Shown here: positions 1 to 9,840 of the stretch, piece by piece
How the letters are laid out: each line of letters opens with the position of its first letter
How positions within the stretch are numbered: position 1 is the first letter of the stretch
Virus record (IMG/VR): IMGVR_UViG_3300032281_000616
Span: 1-64,000 of that record
Origin: a virus
Taxonomy: Duplodnaviria; Caudoviricetes
Strand: one strand, 5' to 3'
Length of the DNA stretch: 64,000 bases
Position numbers and translations under genes: made by a program
The notes under the pieces: model-generated
What the model was told of the DNA's origin: nothing
The model's input: the letters and a program-made list of their open reading frames with translations, nothing else
Databases searched by the model: none

Positions 1-627
1 AACTTTTTGATTGATAGAAATTGGTAAATTATCCACAATCTTTACTCTATCCTTAATAGGAATATCGATAAAAATAATCGATCCTCCATCGAATTCAATT
101 TCTCTAATATATTTTACAATTTCGTATGTATAAGCAGATCCGATATTTTTACCCATATCATCACCATCTTTCTTGATAGCATCAATAGTTGCTTGAATTA
201 TTGTGTTTTCCTGCGTAAGAAGTGGAACCTCCAGATTAACTTTGATATCTCCTGATATTGTCTCAGATTGTTTGATTTTTTTACTCTTAACAATTTTTGC
301 AACAATTTTATTTAAATCAACTTTATCATCACCAATTTTCGCATCTTTTCCGATAGATTCTGCTCTTAGTTTTAGAATAATCGGTAATTTATCAGTAACT
401 CTCAGTAAGCTATCGCCAGTATTATCGATAATGATTTGATTGATAATTTTTTGAAATCTTAAAGTTCCAATAGTTCCATCAGCAATAGTAGAAATCAAAT
501 CTTTTTGTTGTTTAAAACTTAAAGGTGTGCTATCGATTTCTTTACCTGTGGAAAGAACCTCAACTTTGATTTTCTTCTCTTTAATCTCTTGAATTTTGTC
601 AAGAAAGTTTTTAACATTGTCATCCAT
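1..627 (-). CDS. baseplate hub subunit, gp26-like (runs off left edge)
   Basis: Not in the ORF track; manual reading gives ATG at 627 (MDDNVKNFLDKI...) and the same frame reads ...PIKDRVKIVDNLPISINQKV at positions 60-1; TAAATA 6 nt upstream; lies beside the tube genes. Confidence 0.55.
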   Translation of the reverse strand, partial: MDDNVKNFLDKIQEIKEKKIKVEVLSTGKEIDSTPLSFKQQKDLISTIADGTIGTLRFQKIINQIIIDNTGDSLLRVTDKLPIILKLRAESIGKDAKIGDDKVDLNKIVAKIVKSKKIKQSETISGDIKVNLEVPLLTQENTIIQATIDAIKKDGDDMGKNIGSAYTYEIVKYIREIEFDGGSIIFIDIPIKDRVKIVDNLPISINQKV

Positions 628-650
628 ACCTTGTATTTAAGCACAGAATC

Positions 651-1373
651 TTAGATTGTCAACCCATCATTTTGAGTTCTAACTTCGTCTGAATATTTTT
701 GAATATAATATTCAATATCCAAGGGTGTACTATCCATCAGTATATTACCATCAATTCTTTTTGATAAATGAAATATAACATCTCTGAAATAATCTTCGCT
801 GAAGTTATTAAATAACCCCTTTAAAAAGAAACATGGTTCATTTGTCAAAAAATTAAATTTTAATAAGGATAATACTGGATTATTAAATCCCACAATTTTA
901 TCTTTATTATTCAATATTTTGTTTAATATCGTATTGTACACTCTAGCTGGTAAAGAGTCTATAATAGATCTTTTCTCCTGTACACTTAAATCTATTAAAT
1001 TAATAGAAATACCAGATATATTAATCTGTTGTATTAATGAGTATATTGGTATTGTTTCTTCTTGTACGATCGTATCAAAGGTTTTTGGAATGTCAAGAAT
1101 TATTTTCAAATCATCCTTCACTATTTCGATTTCTTTACCCAAATTCTCGGGTAATTCTGAAAGTATATAGGATAATGATATGTTTACAGGCTTATCAGTT
1201 AAATTCAAACTTAAACTTGGAGAAACATCATACTCCCAAGATTTAAGAATATTTCTAAATTTTTCAAAAACATTAGATCCTTCGTATGAATTGAAATAAT
1301 CCAACAAAACTTCAGTATTTTTTCTCTCAAGTGATTGAGAGATTTTTTTCAAATCTCTAAAACAAATATTCAT
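651..1373 (-). CDS. baseplate hub assembly protein, gp26/gp51-like
   Basis: 240 aa; EKRSIIDSLPARVY resembles the gp26 C-terminus; short C-terminal segment resembles gp51; coupled TAATG to the upstream gene. Confidence 0.4.
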   Translation of the reverse strand: MNICFRDLKKISQSLERKNTEVLLDYFNSYEGSNVFEKFRNILKSWEYDVSPSLSLNLTDKPVNISLSYILSELPENLGKEIEIVKDDLKIILDIPKTFDTIVQEETIPIYSLIQQINISGISINLIDLSVQEKRSIIDSLPARVYNTILNKILNNKDKIVGFNNPVLSLLKFNFLTNEPCFFLKGLFNNFSEDYFRDVIFHLSKRIDGNILMDSTPLDIEYYIQKYSDEVRTQNDGLTI

Positions 1374-1978
1374 TAAAGTTGAACGTAGTTTTCACAAGCG
1401 AATGTTACTGATTTGATTTTTATATCGGTGTTGTCGTAATTTAGAGTGTATCCCTCTACTGCTGTAGGAAATAGTTTTTTAAATTGAAATCCTTTAATAA
1501 ATTTACCTCCATTGGTATATTGCTTAACTACCATATTACCTTTCAATGATGGACCGTTTTCTACCAGACCTTTAATACCTAAAGCAATCATCCATGGTCT
1601 AAAAAATGTGTGTTCTATATCGATTTCAGTTTCTAGGAAATTAACAGTTAATTGTCTATCGTTTAAAAAATTTGATCTTTTAGTTAAACCATAACCCGGT
1701 AAAAATCCACCAGTGCTTCCATTAATTTGAATTGGATCGAATGTAGATGTCTCTGCTGGTAAACCAACCTCTTGAGCCACTAGAATCGATCCAGATCGAG
1801 TATATAACCCCGGACTGCCCTTCGCTTGCCAAGACTCACCAGCATCGCTTAAAACGCTATTTATGGCACCTGTGGACACGCCATCGATGGTTACAGTCCA
1901 TAAGACGGGAAGATTTAAGAAAAATCGTCTATCTCCTGAGAATGCTGAATAAAATTCCTCAATATTAGGTCCACCCAT
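1373..1978 (-). CDS. tail-tube-fold protein (gp54/gp19-like tube initiator)
   Basis: AQEVGLP, LTVNFLET...FFRPW and KLFPTAV...LNYD...VTFAC tube-fold motifs; adjacent to gp19. Confidence 0.5.
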   Translation of the reverse strand: MGGPNIEEFYSAFSGDRRFFLNLPVLWTVTIDGVSTGAINSVLSDAGESWQAKGSPGLYTRSGSILVAQEVGLPAETSTFDPIQINGSTGGFLPGYGLTKRSNFLNDRQLTVNFLETEIDIEHTFFRPWMIALGIKGLVENGPSLKGNMVVKQYTNGGKFIKGFQFKKLFPTAVEGYTLNYDNTDIKIKSVTFACENYVQL

Positions 1979-2002
1979 GAGAATATTTAATACATAAATA
2001 AA

Positions 2003-2034
2003 AAATCACAATAATCCGAGGACTATTGTGATTT
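2003..2034 (-). terminator. intrinsic terminator after the tail tube gene
   Basis: Minus strand AAATCACAATAGTC-CTCG-GATTATTGTGATTT hairpin followed by a T run. Confidence 0.6.
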
Positions 2035-2053
2035 GAGAATTTACAATTTTAGA

Positions 2054-2620
2054 TCAGTTGCTAAAATCTTCATACCAATGATAACTCCAAGTCGTACCTA
2101 GAGTAACAACCTCACCAGTTCCATCAGCAATAGAGTAATTCATTTCACCAATAGTTCTAAGATTGACTCCAACAAGCTTAATTGTTTTTACAACCTCCAT
2201 ACCTTGTCCACCCTGATTACCTTGACCACATGGAACTTTAAGAACATCAAGAATCATATAGGATTCTGGTCCCGGCATACACATTTGACCAGTTGTGGTT
2301 TCATTATTGAAAGTAGCCCTAGACATTTTCTCTAGTTTTGTTCTAAGATCCAATTCTTGGTCTGCGAAAAATTCAATTGCATAAGATTCTGATCCGGGAT
2401 ATACTGCTCTACCATTAAGGTGAAAGATTTGTCCACTATAGCTAACTGTTTTATCCTCAATATCTCTACCGGGAATTTTAGCTGTTTTAGCAAAAACAAG
2501 TTCATTTTCGCCGTCGAGATCAAGTCCTACAGCGCGAATTTGTTTAACCCTAAGAAAGAAATCCCTTTGGAATTGCTTTTGAGCTGCTATATTATAGAAA
2601 GTTTGAATATCTACTGCCAT
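2054..2620 (-). CDS. gp19: tail tube protein
   Basis: KTAKIPGR...YSGQIFHLNGRAVYPGSESYAIEF pattern; TAAATA 5 nt upstream; downstream of the sheath gene. Confidence 0.72.
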   Translation of the reverse strand: MAVDIQTFYNIAAQKQFQRDFFLRVKQIRAVGLDLDGENELVFAKTAKIPGRDIEDKTVSYSGQIFHLNGRAVYPGSESYAIEFFADQELDLRTKLEKMSRATFNNETTTGQMCMPGPESYMILDVLKVPCGQGNQGGQGMEVVKTIKLVGVNLRTIGEMNYSIADGTGEVVTLGTTWSYHWYEDFSN

Positions 2621-2624
2621 ATAA

Positions 2625-3146
2625 TTATTTAGTCTTTCGATAACTAAAAACTAAATTTCCACAATCATAAATCCTCCTATACCCATTTGAATACATTATT
2701 TCCCTTTCTGTCCTAGTATCACTATCAAAAGATATTTTATGTTTTTGAAAATTCATCCTATGATATAATGTCAAATGCTTTACGTAATAGTAATTCGGAG
2801 TGGTGGTTCTCAACAAATCCATCCCAAGAGATTTATACAAATTCCCATTACTATATCTAAGATCGCAATAAGAGATAAAATTATCGACATTAGAATTTTT
2901 TAAAATTTTACTCGCACCACCAATAACCGAGGTGTTCAATTTATTACAGAATCTTATCAACTCATATTCACATTTACCCCTCGTCAATTTTCTTTTACCG
3001 AAGCACATTAAAGAAACTAACTCATCATTATAATATAAGCCATATGACTCAGAATAAGAACAATGTCCTTGTATATGATTAATATCCAGAAACTTATTAC
3101 CTTCTCGGCTTGAAACTTCCGAAAATCTGCATTTTCTGGTATTTTT
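2625..3146 (-). pseudogene. N-terminally truncated Hef-like homing endonuclease remnant
   Basis: Track ORF 2625-3008 extends in frame upstream as TRKCRFSEV...FLDINHIQG...YGLYYNDELVSLMCFGK until a TAA at 3147-3149; no in-frame start for the N-terminus. Confidence 0.62.
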
Positions 3147-3215
3147 TTAATTCTTCTTTTAAATTCATAGATTTGTTAACTTGGCTTCTAATTATAATTA
3201 ACATACCAATAAGAA

Positions 3216-3248
3216 AAAATCCAATAAGTTTTTATCTTATTGGATTTT
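3216..3248. terminator. hairpin terminator downstream of the sheath gene
   Basis: AAAATCCAATAAG-TTTTTAT-CTTATTGGATTTT perfect 13-bp stem. Confidence 0.55.
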
Positions 3249-3270
3249 AGTTTTTATCTTATCGGATTTT
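3227..3270. repeat. 22-bp tandem duplication (one mismatch)
   Basis: AGTTTTTATCTTAT(T/C)GGATTTT at 3227-3248 and 3249-3270. Confidence 0.75.
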
Positions 3271-3275
3271 AGTTA

Positions 3276-5591
3276 TTAGATCAATTCATTGAAGTTAGCA
3301 TCAGATCTTGTTGAAACGAATTCAACAACGATAAATTCTGCTGTTCTCACCAACTTAACCAGAATTGTAGCTCTTAGCTCATTATTATCGATAACCTCTG
3401 GTGTATTAACTCTTTCATCTGCTACGATAAGATAATCATATAGACCACCATTACGTTTAGCGTATTCGAAGATTGGAGTTAGGGTATTAACGAAACGGGT
3501 TCTTGTGAATTCGGTATTTGGTTCGAAGACGAAGAAAATACTAGCTTTCTTGGTAGGTCTTTCTAGAGCGAATAAGCATCTACGAGCATTGATTCTATCA
3601 ACTGCTCCGGGTTTCTTACTCAGAGTCTTTTGACCGAAGATTGCCATTCCTTGTGATGGATTGAATAGAACAGGATTTAGATTGCTCTTATAAAGCTCAT
3701 CACGTTGTTTTTGGTTTGGTGTGATTGCGATATCAACAACATTTCCACTAACAAGTCCTCTGGTATATCCAGCAGGTGCAGACCATGGGAATTCAGCAGC
3801 ATCATTACGAGCATAAGTAGCCCCAGCTACAGAAGAGAATGGAACCCAGATCTTATCACCTAAGAATTCGTCATAAACTTGAGCCCAGTTTGCGTAGGTT
3901 GCAGCATATGAAGTATTTTCTAGTTCAAATTGATGTCTGATAGCCCAGTAGATATCAGTTTGGAAGTTTTTAGTTCTATCTGATAGAACTTTGGTATTCT
4001 TACCTTGAACCACAATCTGACGAATTGGGTCAGCGATAAAGATACAGTCACCACGACCACCTGTATTAGATGGAAGGTTGCAGAAGTTTTCAAATACATT
4101 GAAGATTGTGCTATAATCTCCACGAAGATCAGTTCCAGCAGAATCGAGAGCATTGGATGTTCTGAGAGCACTGACTGCATTGTAAGTCACGGTATCATCA
4201 TAATATGATAGATTTTGTGATTTTGTCATCGCGTAGATGGTTCCAAGACCAGCTTCTACAACTACATCAATATCATAAATCTCATCATTCTTAACAGCTT
4301 CTAGAGCACGTTCAAGTTTGCTTGGGATTGATCCAAGAACTTTAGAAATAACTTGAGAATCGGAATAAGCACCAACTGGATATAAGTTATCAGCATAACC
4401 AAGATTGGTTACAAGAGATGTGAATGCTCCAGCAGCAATACCAGATACAGTTGAAGAAGAACCCGCTAAATTGCGTGTTAGAACGCGAATTTTCTTTTGT
4501 GGGATACCAGACGCATTCAAAGCAGTTCCACCAAATTTATTTGATAGATATGGATTAACTAAGATTTCGACATTTCTATCATTTGCATCAACATTCTCTA
4601 AGAAGAATGATGTTTGTGGTCCACCAGTAGGGTTGATGCGTTTTCTGTAAGAATCGATAGATCCAGTGATCTTACCATCTAGAACATAGTCTAGTTTATA
4701 AGATTCTGTAGCATACAGGCTCTTACGAAGTTTGAATACGCCGATGTTAAGTAAGTCATCATCGTCACGACCATCAATGTTATAATCTGTAAGACCTTCA
4801 AGGATTTGTGAGATGCTGTTTTGAACTCCACCGATGTTAGTAGAAGATAGAGTAAACTCTAGAGTTCCATTTGGAATAGTTGTAAAGTCATATGCTCCGA
4901 TTCCAGTAAATTTAGAAGATACACTAACAGTTTTAGCTCCAACAATCGCATTGAAGTCGGAAGCTGGGTTGATGTTTGTGTTATCACCAATACCAACATA
5001 ATAACCCTCAAATTGGCTATTGATTGTGGTTTGAGCCTTATTTAAGATAACAATACCTGCTTTACCTAGTTGAGAAACAGACGATAGGGCTGCACGGGTA
5101 GATCCGCTTTGAGCCCATGTAAATAATGAACCGTCTTGAGCTTGTCGATACTCATCTTCTGATAGAGTAACATGAACAGGATTACCGAGAACATATGTTC
5201 CAGATAATTGATTTAAATTGGTTTCAACAGCGGATAATACACCACCAGCATCAGCTTTTACAAAATTGACAGGATATGCTAGAGCAGAATACTCAGAACC
5301 GAATCCAGAACCAGAACCTTCACCATAAGGAAGTCGGAATGTGTAGATATTGGCTGGAGAATTTAGTAATTCCTTAACACCATGATAAAAATATCTCTCA
5401 GCAGCATTTGTTGGAGCACCATAAATAGCTAATAGCTCATCTCTACTGGTGATCTTAATAACTTCATCTGTTACTCCAGAATTAGAATATCCAGCAATAA
5501 AAACATTAGTCCCGACATTTGGACTAGCCACTAAATCTATAGAACGCTCCCTAATTTCGACACCGGGGCTCTGAATTACACGAGTTGACAT
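3276..5591 (-). CDS. gp18: contractile tail sheath protein
   Basis: SPGVEIRE N-terminus; PWSAPAGYTRG, NPV...GQKTL...VDRINARR and FVFEPN sheath motifs. Confidence 0.93.
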   Translation of the reverse strand: MSTRVIQSPGVEIRERSIDLVASPNVGTNVFIAGYSNSGVTDEVIKITSRDELLAIYGAPTNAAERYFYHGVKELLNSPANIYTFRLPYGEGSGSGFGSEYSALAYPVNFVKADAGGVLSAVETNLNQLSGTYVLGNPVHVTLSEDEYRQAQDGSLFTWAQSGSTRAALSSVSQLGKAGIVILNKAQTTINSQFEGYYVGIGDNTNINPASDFNAIVGAKTVSVSSKFTGIGAYDFTTIPNGTLEFTLSSTNIGGVQNSISQILEGLTDYNIDGRDDDDLLNIGVFKLRKSLYATESYKLDYVLDGKITGSIDSYRKRINPTGGPQTSFFLENVDANDRNVEILVNPYLSNKFGGTALNASGIPQKKIRVLTRNLAGSSSTVSGIAAGAFTSLVTNLGYADNLYPVGAYSDSQVISKVLGSIPSKLERALEAVKNDEIYDIDVVVEAGLGTIYAMTKSQNLSYYDDTVTYNAVSALRTSNALDSAGTDLRGDYSTIFNVFENFCNLPSNTGGRGDCIFIADPIRQIVVQGKNTKVLSDRTKNFQTDIYWAIRHQFELENTSYAATYANWAQVYDEFLGDKIWVPFSSVAGATYARNDAAEFPWSAPAGYTRGLVSGNVVDIAITPNQKQRDELYKSNLNPVLFNPSQGMAIFGQKTLSKKPGAVDRINARRCLFALERPTKKASIFFVFEPNTEFTRTRFVNTLTPIFEYAKRNGGLYDYLIVADERVNTPEVIDNNELRATILVKLVRTAEFIVVEFVSTRSDANFNELI

Positions 5592-5627
5592 ATCACTATT
5601 TAGTTATTTTCTCGTAGATTTTTTCGA

Positions 5628-6212
5628 TCAGTAATCTCTTACCAATTCAGTATGAAGTTGTGAGTATAAAAATGTGAAACCGCTAGTGATCTCAGTTCCT
5701 TCAGAATTTTGTTGATTGTATTTGATTTCGTTAATGCTAGTAGGAAAAGCTTTCTTATATGTGAACTTAATACGCTTCTTACCAAACTCATCCAATCCAT
5801 ATACTGTGATATCTGTCATGTAATCATTAAAATCACCATCAACAGGGATATTGTTTTGGTTATATATACCAGTTTCTTGATCGTGTAATAGATTCAACCA
5901 AGAGTAGATCACCCAATAGTTATTGTATTCAGAATCTACCTTGAATTCAACATTCAGAGGTGGGTAAGAATCTTTACTGAATGATGATATATATAAGGTA
6001 GATCCAGAATACCTAGTTTCTACACCTTTTACAGTAATCTCTGGAACCATTGTTCCGAAGATTGAGAATTGGACAGAATCAGGATTTATATGATTATCAT
6101 CTCTTTGATATCTGGATACTATTGGTTTTAGAATTGGTGGAACATCAAAAACTAAGAGGAATTTATCCTCCCTTGCTCTGTTTAAGTATGATTGTTTTGT
6201 GATATCACTCAT
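5628..6212 (-). CDS. tail terminator / tube-fold protein, gp3-like
   Basis: VPEITV...YPPLNVEFKVDSEYNNYWVIYSW and YKKAFPTSINEI motifs; own TAAATA. Confidence 0.55.
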   Translation of the reverse strand: MSDITKQSYLNRAREDKFLLVFDVPPILKPIVSRYQRDDNHINPDSVQFSIFGTMVPEITVKGVETRYSGSTLYISSFSKDSYPPLNVEFKVDSEYNNYWVIYSWLNLLHDQETGIYNQNNIPVDGDFNDYMTDITVYGLDEFGKKRIKFTYKKAFPTSINEIKYNQQNSEGTEITSGFTFLYSQLHTELVRDY

Positions 6213-6216
6213 ACAT

Positions 6217-6399
6217 TTATTTAGAAATCTGGTAGGTCGTCAATATATCATATACAAACGAGTTATAATATTTATCTTTTTTCAATACATCCACCAAAAA
6301 CATAGGAATATCCGATCCTATTTTTAATTTACCTGACATTATTTCATATCGAAAATTCATCAACAAATTATATGTGACTGTTATATCAAAGGTTATCAT
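6217..6399 (-). CDS. small hypothetical protein
   Basis: 60 aa; TAAATA 6 nt before the ATG; fills the gap between neighbours. Confidence 0.4.
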   Translation of the reverse strand: MITFDITVTYNLLMNFRYEIMSGKLKIGSDIPMFLVDVLKKDKYYNSFVYDILTTYQISK

Positions 6400-6412
6400 T
6401 TCTTGTATTTAA

Positions 6413-6988
6413 TCAAAAAATTGAAAAATAATTTGGTCCGATACCCCACATTCCACGATGCGAATGACTACAAACTTTAAATTCTCCATCTTCCCAAACA
6501 AACCAAGGCAATCCACTATCACCAGCTATTATATCTCTATTATAATAAGTCCCAAACACAATTCTATCATCCAACAGGGCTCTACGGAGAGATATTGTAT
6601 TGTCTTGATGTAAAGTTCCCATCAATTGCATTTTTTTGATAGTTTTACTTATCTTATAAATTTTTACACCCGCTGGCCATTTTTGTGTTAATTTGCATAT
6701 GGACACATCATCGGAAGCGTATGTATTGTCAACGGATTCGATTTTTCTGAAGATTTTTACCCCATCTTTAATAACATAAACCGAATTACCAACAACTGGA
6801 TTTGAGTGCTTGCATACAATAATCTCATCTTCCCCAGATACCCATCCTTTTATCCATCCTTTGTCAACAACAGGATAATCTGATAGAACTACTCCACTTT
6901 TATCTATAGAATCCCAATTTATTTTTTCTTCAAATAAACTACGAATCCAGTTGATAAGACTACGAAATAAATTTAATTTGCGTCCCAT
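6413..6988 (-). CDS. trypsin-like serine protease (putative)
   Basis: IIVCKH, DDVSICKL and AGDSGLPW give His/Asp/Ser in chymotrypsin order; start reassigned to 6988 (TAAATA + 5 nt). Confidence 0.55.
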   Translation of the reverse strand: MGRKLNLFRSLINWIRSLFEEKINWDSIDKSGVVLSDYPVVDKGWIKGWVSGEDEIIVCKHSNPVVGNSVYVIKDGVKIFRKIESVDNTYASDDVSICKLTQKWPAGVKIYKISKTIKKMQLMGTLHQDNTISLRRALLDDRIVFGTYYNRDIIAGDSGLPWFVWEDGEFKVCSHSHRGMWGIGPNYFSIF

Positions 6989-6996
6989 TGTAATAT

Positions 6997-9840
6997 TTAC
7001 CATTGCATCACTCTCTCCATAGCATCATATCTATCCTGACTATAAGATCTAGATGGGTCCACATAAGGCATTGCTCCATTCAGAGGCATCCAGCCTTCAG
7101 CAAATAATCCAGCCATTTCATCATCAGCTTCTCCAAATGCACCAAAAGCCATTGGAGATAGATTAGAATTCTCGATTTTATCAACTTGTTCATTTGTATA
7201 GATAGATGTTGGATTTTCAAACATCTTTATACCGTAATTATATGGAGTTATCTTAGCGGGTTTACCATAATCATCTTCTTCATCGATTTCGAAATACATT
7301 TGTGTGATTTCTCGATGTAAAATCATCAAAGCCCAAACAAATGCCATAACACGGTCATCATGTTCACCACCTTTAGCTTTCCATGTAGCGTTTGGATATC
7401 TAATAAATGTTTTGAATTCATTCAAGGTATGAATTGATCTGAATGTTACGTTTCTGATTTCATTAATGAAATATCTCTGATTTAAAATAGCAGCATGTTT
7501 AGTATTGGTATGAGATAATACTCCAAACTGTTGATTTTTGTGTGCTTGTTTCGCACCCCATGACACAACCTTCTCATAGGCAAAATCCATTGCTAATCTA
7601 TCACAAACTTGACCACCTTGGTTATTTCTTTCAATTAAAACTAATGGACTTCCCCAATTTAGGAGAATATCATGTAATTTATTAGAGAATTCTGCTGGGG
7701 CTATAGTATTACTATGATATTCAGCAACTTGTCTGATATCTTTGAGATCAGTAATGTCTAGCATTTGAATTACAGAGGCATCTCCACCAACTCCTTCAGA
7801 TACATCGACACCCGCCACGTATAATCTTGATGGATCTGGATCTTCCCAAATTTTATAATGACCATCATCTAGTAAATGCTTGGGTTCCGAACAGTTTTTC
7901 TTCAATTCATCGAATAATTCAACATCGATAGCTGAAGTTCCATCATCTGCGAAGTGACATTCATATTCTTGGGCGAATGCTTCATATGAACCCAGTTTGG
8001 CTATTTCTTTGCGCTTCCACTCCTCATCACGACCGGGAATTTCTGTCCACTGAACTTCTTCTGGGTGAAACTCATTCCACTCAGGAGTTCCCTCTTTTAA
8101 TGCCGCCGAATAAAAAGTATGAAATATATTATTTTTACCCTTCGGGGTTGATGTTATTAGGATTTTTGATGTTTTGGCTCTGGAAATCGTTGGTATAACC
8201 GAACGAACAAAGTCTTCCACAATACTCTGAGGTTCCAAATACGAAAATTCATCCAATAATAAACATTGATGACTGACAAAACCATTGGTGATATATTTAA
8301 AATTTTCAGATGCTACAATATCATACACTTCTGTCATCCCCCCATCCTCAATTTTCACAACTTCTTCGTATCCACTCTCAGTTTTTAACTGATCTCCAAC
8401 TTGTAACCCCGATACTGGTATTTGTACATCGTTATATGTGAAAAAAATATGATCTTTGGTTATGCTGACGGATCTTTTAGTAGTAAAAACTTCCACACAT
8501 TCTCGAACTCCGTTACTGATTACATTTTTAAACTTTTTGAACCCATCATCGGTCAATATTTCAACCTTATTATTATGAATCGGGCTGTAATCGATATGCA
8601 TTATTTCTGGATATGACTCCGTATACATCTTCTTTAAATTCAGAAGCTTTTCCTTGGCCCTTTTCTTTTTCTGCGCCACGGTATCCCAAATTATAAGCAA
8701 TTTATATCCCTTATCTGTCAAATAATCATATTTTACTATATCTTTATCGATATGTTTTTGAAACAGGTGATGTTTTTCATTTATTTCGACTATAAGTTTC
8801 TCCCCCACCAAAGCATCACAGACAAATGGGCCGATTCTTTTAGAATATTCTATGTCTTCATCCAGTATTTCGAATCGAACCTTTAAAAGCTCTAATATTT
8901 TTAACTCATTTTTACCAATATTTGTTTTATATGTATTATTGGAATTGTTCGACAACCTTCTGTCTATATGTTCGAAATATCTATTTGAACATCGAGTCCC
9001 ACAGGTTTCGGGATACTTTAATAAATAATCATTAAATACCACTTTTTTCGTATTACAAACTACACAGTGAGGAGATTCTTGTAAATTATTCACGAACCTA
9101 TATGCGGCAGCTAATTTGGATTCTTTTCCATCCCAACCTATGTGATCAGTATAATTTCGAAAACTATTCAATGTTTGACGGGTCTGCTCTTCCTTATTAA
9201 GTCTTATTTCAAACATTAGAATATTGTCTCGTATCAATCTACATTTATCAATGTCTGACATAAGAATGAATTCCTCAATTATATTAAACCTATCCAAACA
9301 TTGCACATATGCGAACTTCGGCTGAAATAATTTTCCGTTTTTGTTTATTATTGCTTGTTTTGTTTTTGAAAAATTTAAATAAAATATTCTCGTTCTGATA
9401 GATGGATTGAATTCATCGAGATACTTTGTATCGTTCATCAAATATTCTAAAATATATGGATGTTTTTTGACATTGCTTATGGCTGATGCCGATTTAAAAA
9501 ATGTTCTTAGCTGCTCATCATTCAACTTACTCAAATCAAACTGTTCATATAAAGTATCACTATATCCGAGTTCAAATGATAGATATCTATAATTTCTCCC
9601 CTTTTCAGAGTTGCTGGGTATTTCTCGAATATCATTGAAATAGTGATATGCCCGTTGACCCATCTCTTTTCTCAAAAAATGATCATCTAAATATGATGTC
9701 TTTTCTTTCAATTCATCATACAAATGTGGATATTTTTTAAATAATGTATATATACTATTTGATTTTTTGCTATCCTTGTATCGGTCAAACACAAAGTCCA
9801 GATCTATAGAGTTGCTCAATCGTCGTTTCATATATAGCAT
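6997..9840 (-). CDS. gp17: terminase large subunit, C-terminal part, preceded in frame by a Vsr-like endonuclease region and split-intein IntC
   Basis: CLLLDEF Walker B, ITSTPKG, AQEYEC, GVDVSEGVGGD and HDDRVMA terminase motifs from aa 526. Confidence 0.9.
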   Translation of the reverse strand: MLYMKRRLSNSIDLDFVFDRYKDSKKSNSIYTLFKKYPHLYDELKEKTSYLDDHFLRKEMGQRAYHYFNDIREIPSNSEKGRNYRYLSFELGYSDTLYEQFDLSKLNDEQLRTFFKSASAISNVKKHPYILEYLMNDTKYLDEFNPSIRTRIFYLNFSKTKQAIINKNGKLFQPKFAYVQCLDRFNIIEEFILMSDIDKCRLIRDNILMFEIRLNKEEQTRQTLNSFRNYTDHIGWDGKESKLAAAYRFVNNLQESPHCVVCNTKKVVFNDYLLKYPETCGTRCSNRYFEHIDRRLSNNSNNTYKTNIGKNELKILELLKVRFEILDEDIEYSKRIGPFVCDALVGEKLIVEINEKHHLFQKHIDKDIVKYDYLTDKGYKLLIIWDTVAQKKKRAKEKLLNLKKMYTESYPEIMHIDYSPIHNNKVEILTDDGFKKFKNVISNGVRECVEVFTTKRSVSITKDHIFFTYNDVQIPVSGLQVGDQLKTESGYEEVVKIEDGGMTEVYDIVASENFKYITNGFVSHQCLLLDEFSYLEPQSIVEDFVRSVIPTISRAKTSKILITSTPKGKNNIFHTFYSAALKEGTPEWNEFHPEEVQWTEIPGRDEEWKRKEIAKLGSYEAFAQEYECHFADDGTSAIDVELFDELKKNCSEPKHLLDDGHYKIWEDPDPSRLYVAGVDVSEGVGGDASVIQMLDITDLKDIRQVAEYHSNTIAPAEFSNKLHDILLNWGSPLVLIERNNQGGQVCDRLAMDFAYEKVVSWGAKQAHKNQQFGVLSHTNTKHAAILNQRYFINEIRNVTFRSIHTLNEFKTFIRYPNATWKAKGGEHDDRVMAFVWALMILHREITQMYFEIDEEDDYGKPAKITPYNYGIKMFENPTSIYTNEQVDKIENSNLSPMAFGAFGEADDEMAGLFAEGWMPLNGAMPYVDPSRSYSQDRYDAMERVMQW
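8266..8628 (-). mobile_element. IntC half of an atypically split TerL intein, ending in His-Gln
   Basis: VEILTDDGFKKF, SITKDHIF (block B), EVYDIV (block F), YITNGFVSHQ/C (block G, Cys+1). Confidence 0.85.
8680..9080 (-). mobile_element. Vsr/DUF559-like homing endonuclease domain fused to IntC
   Basis: CVVC...CGTRC zinc motif, then CDALVGEKLIVEINEKHH...KD..K..YL...GYKLLIIWD; boundaries approximate. Confidence 0.7.

Noticed and set aside
203-1694. Plus-strand ORFs 203-439, 919-1170, 1037-1246, 1512-1694
   Set aside because: Antisense shadows of the minus-strand baseplate and tube genes; no promoter or motif support
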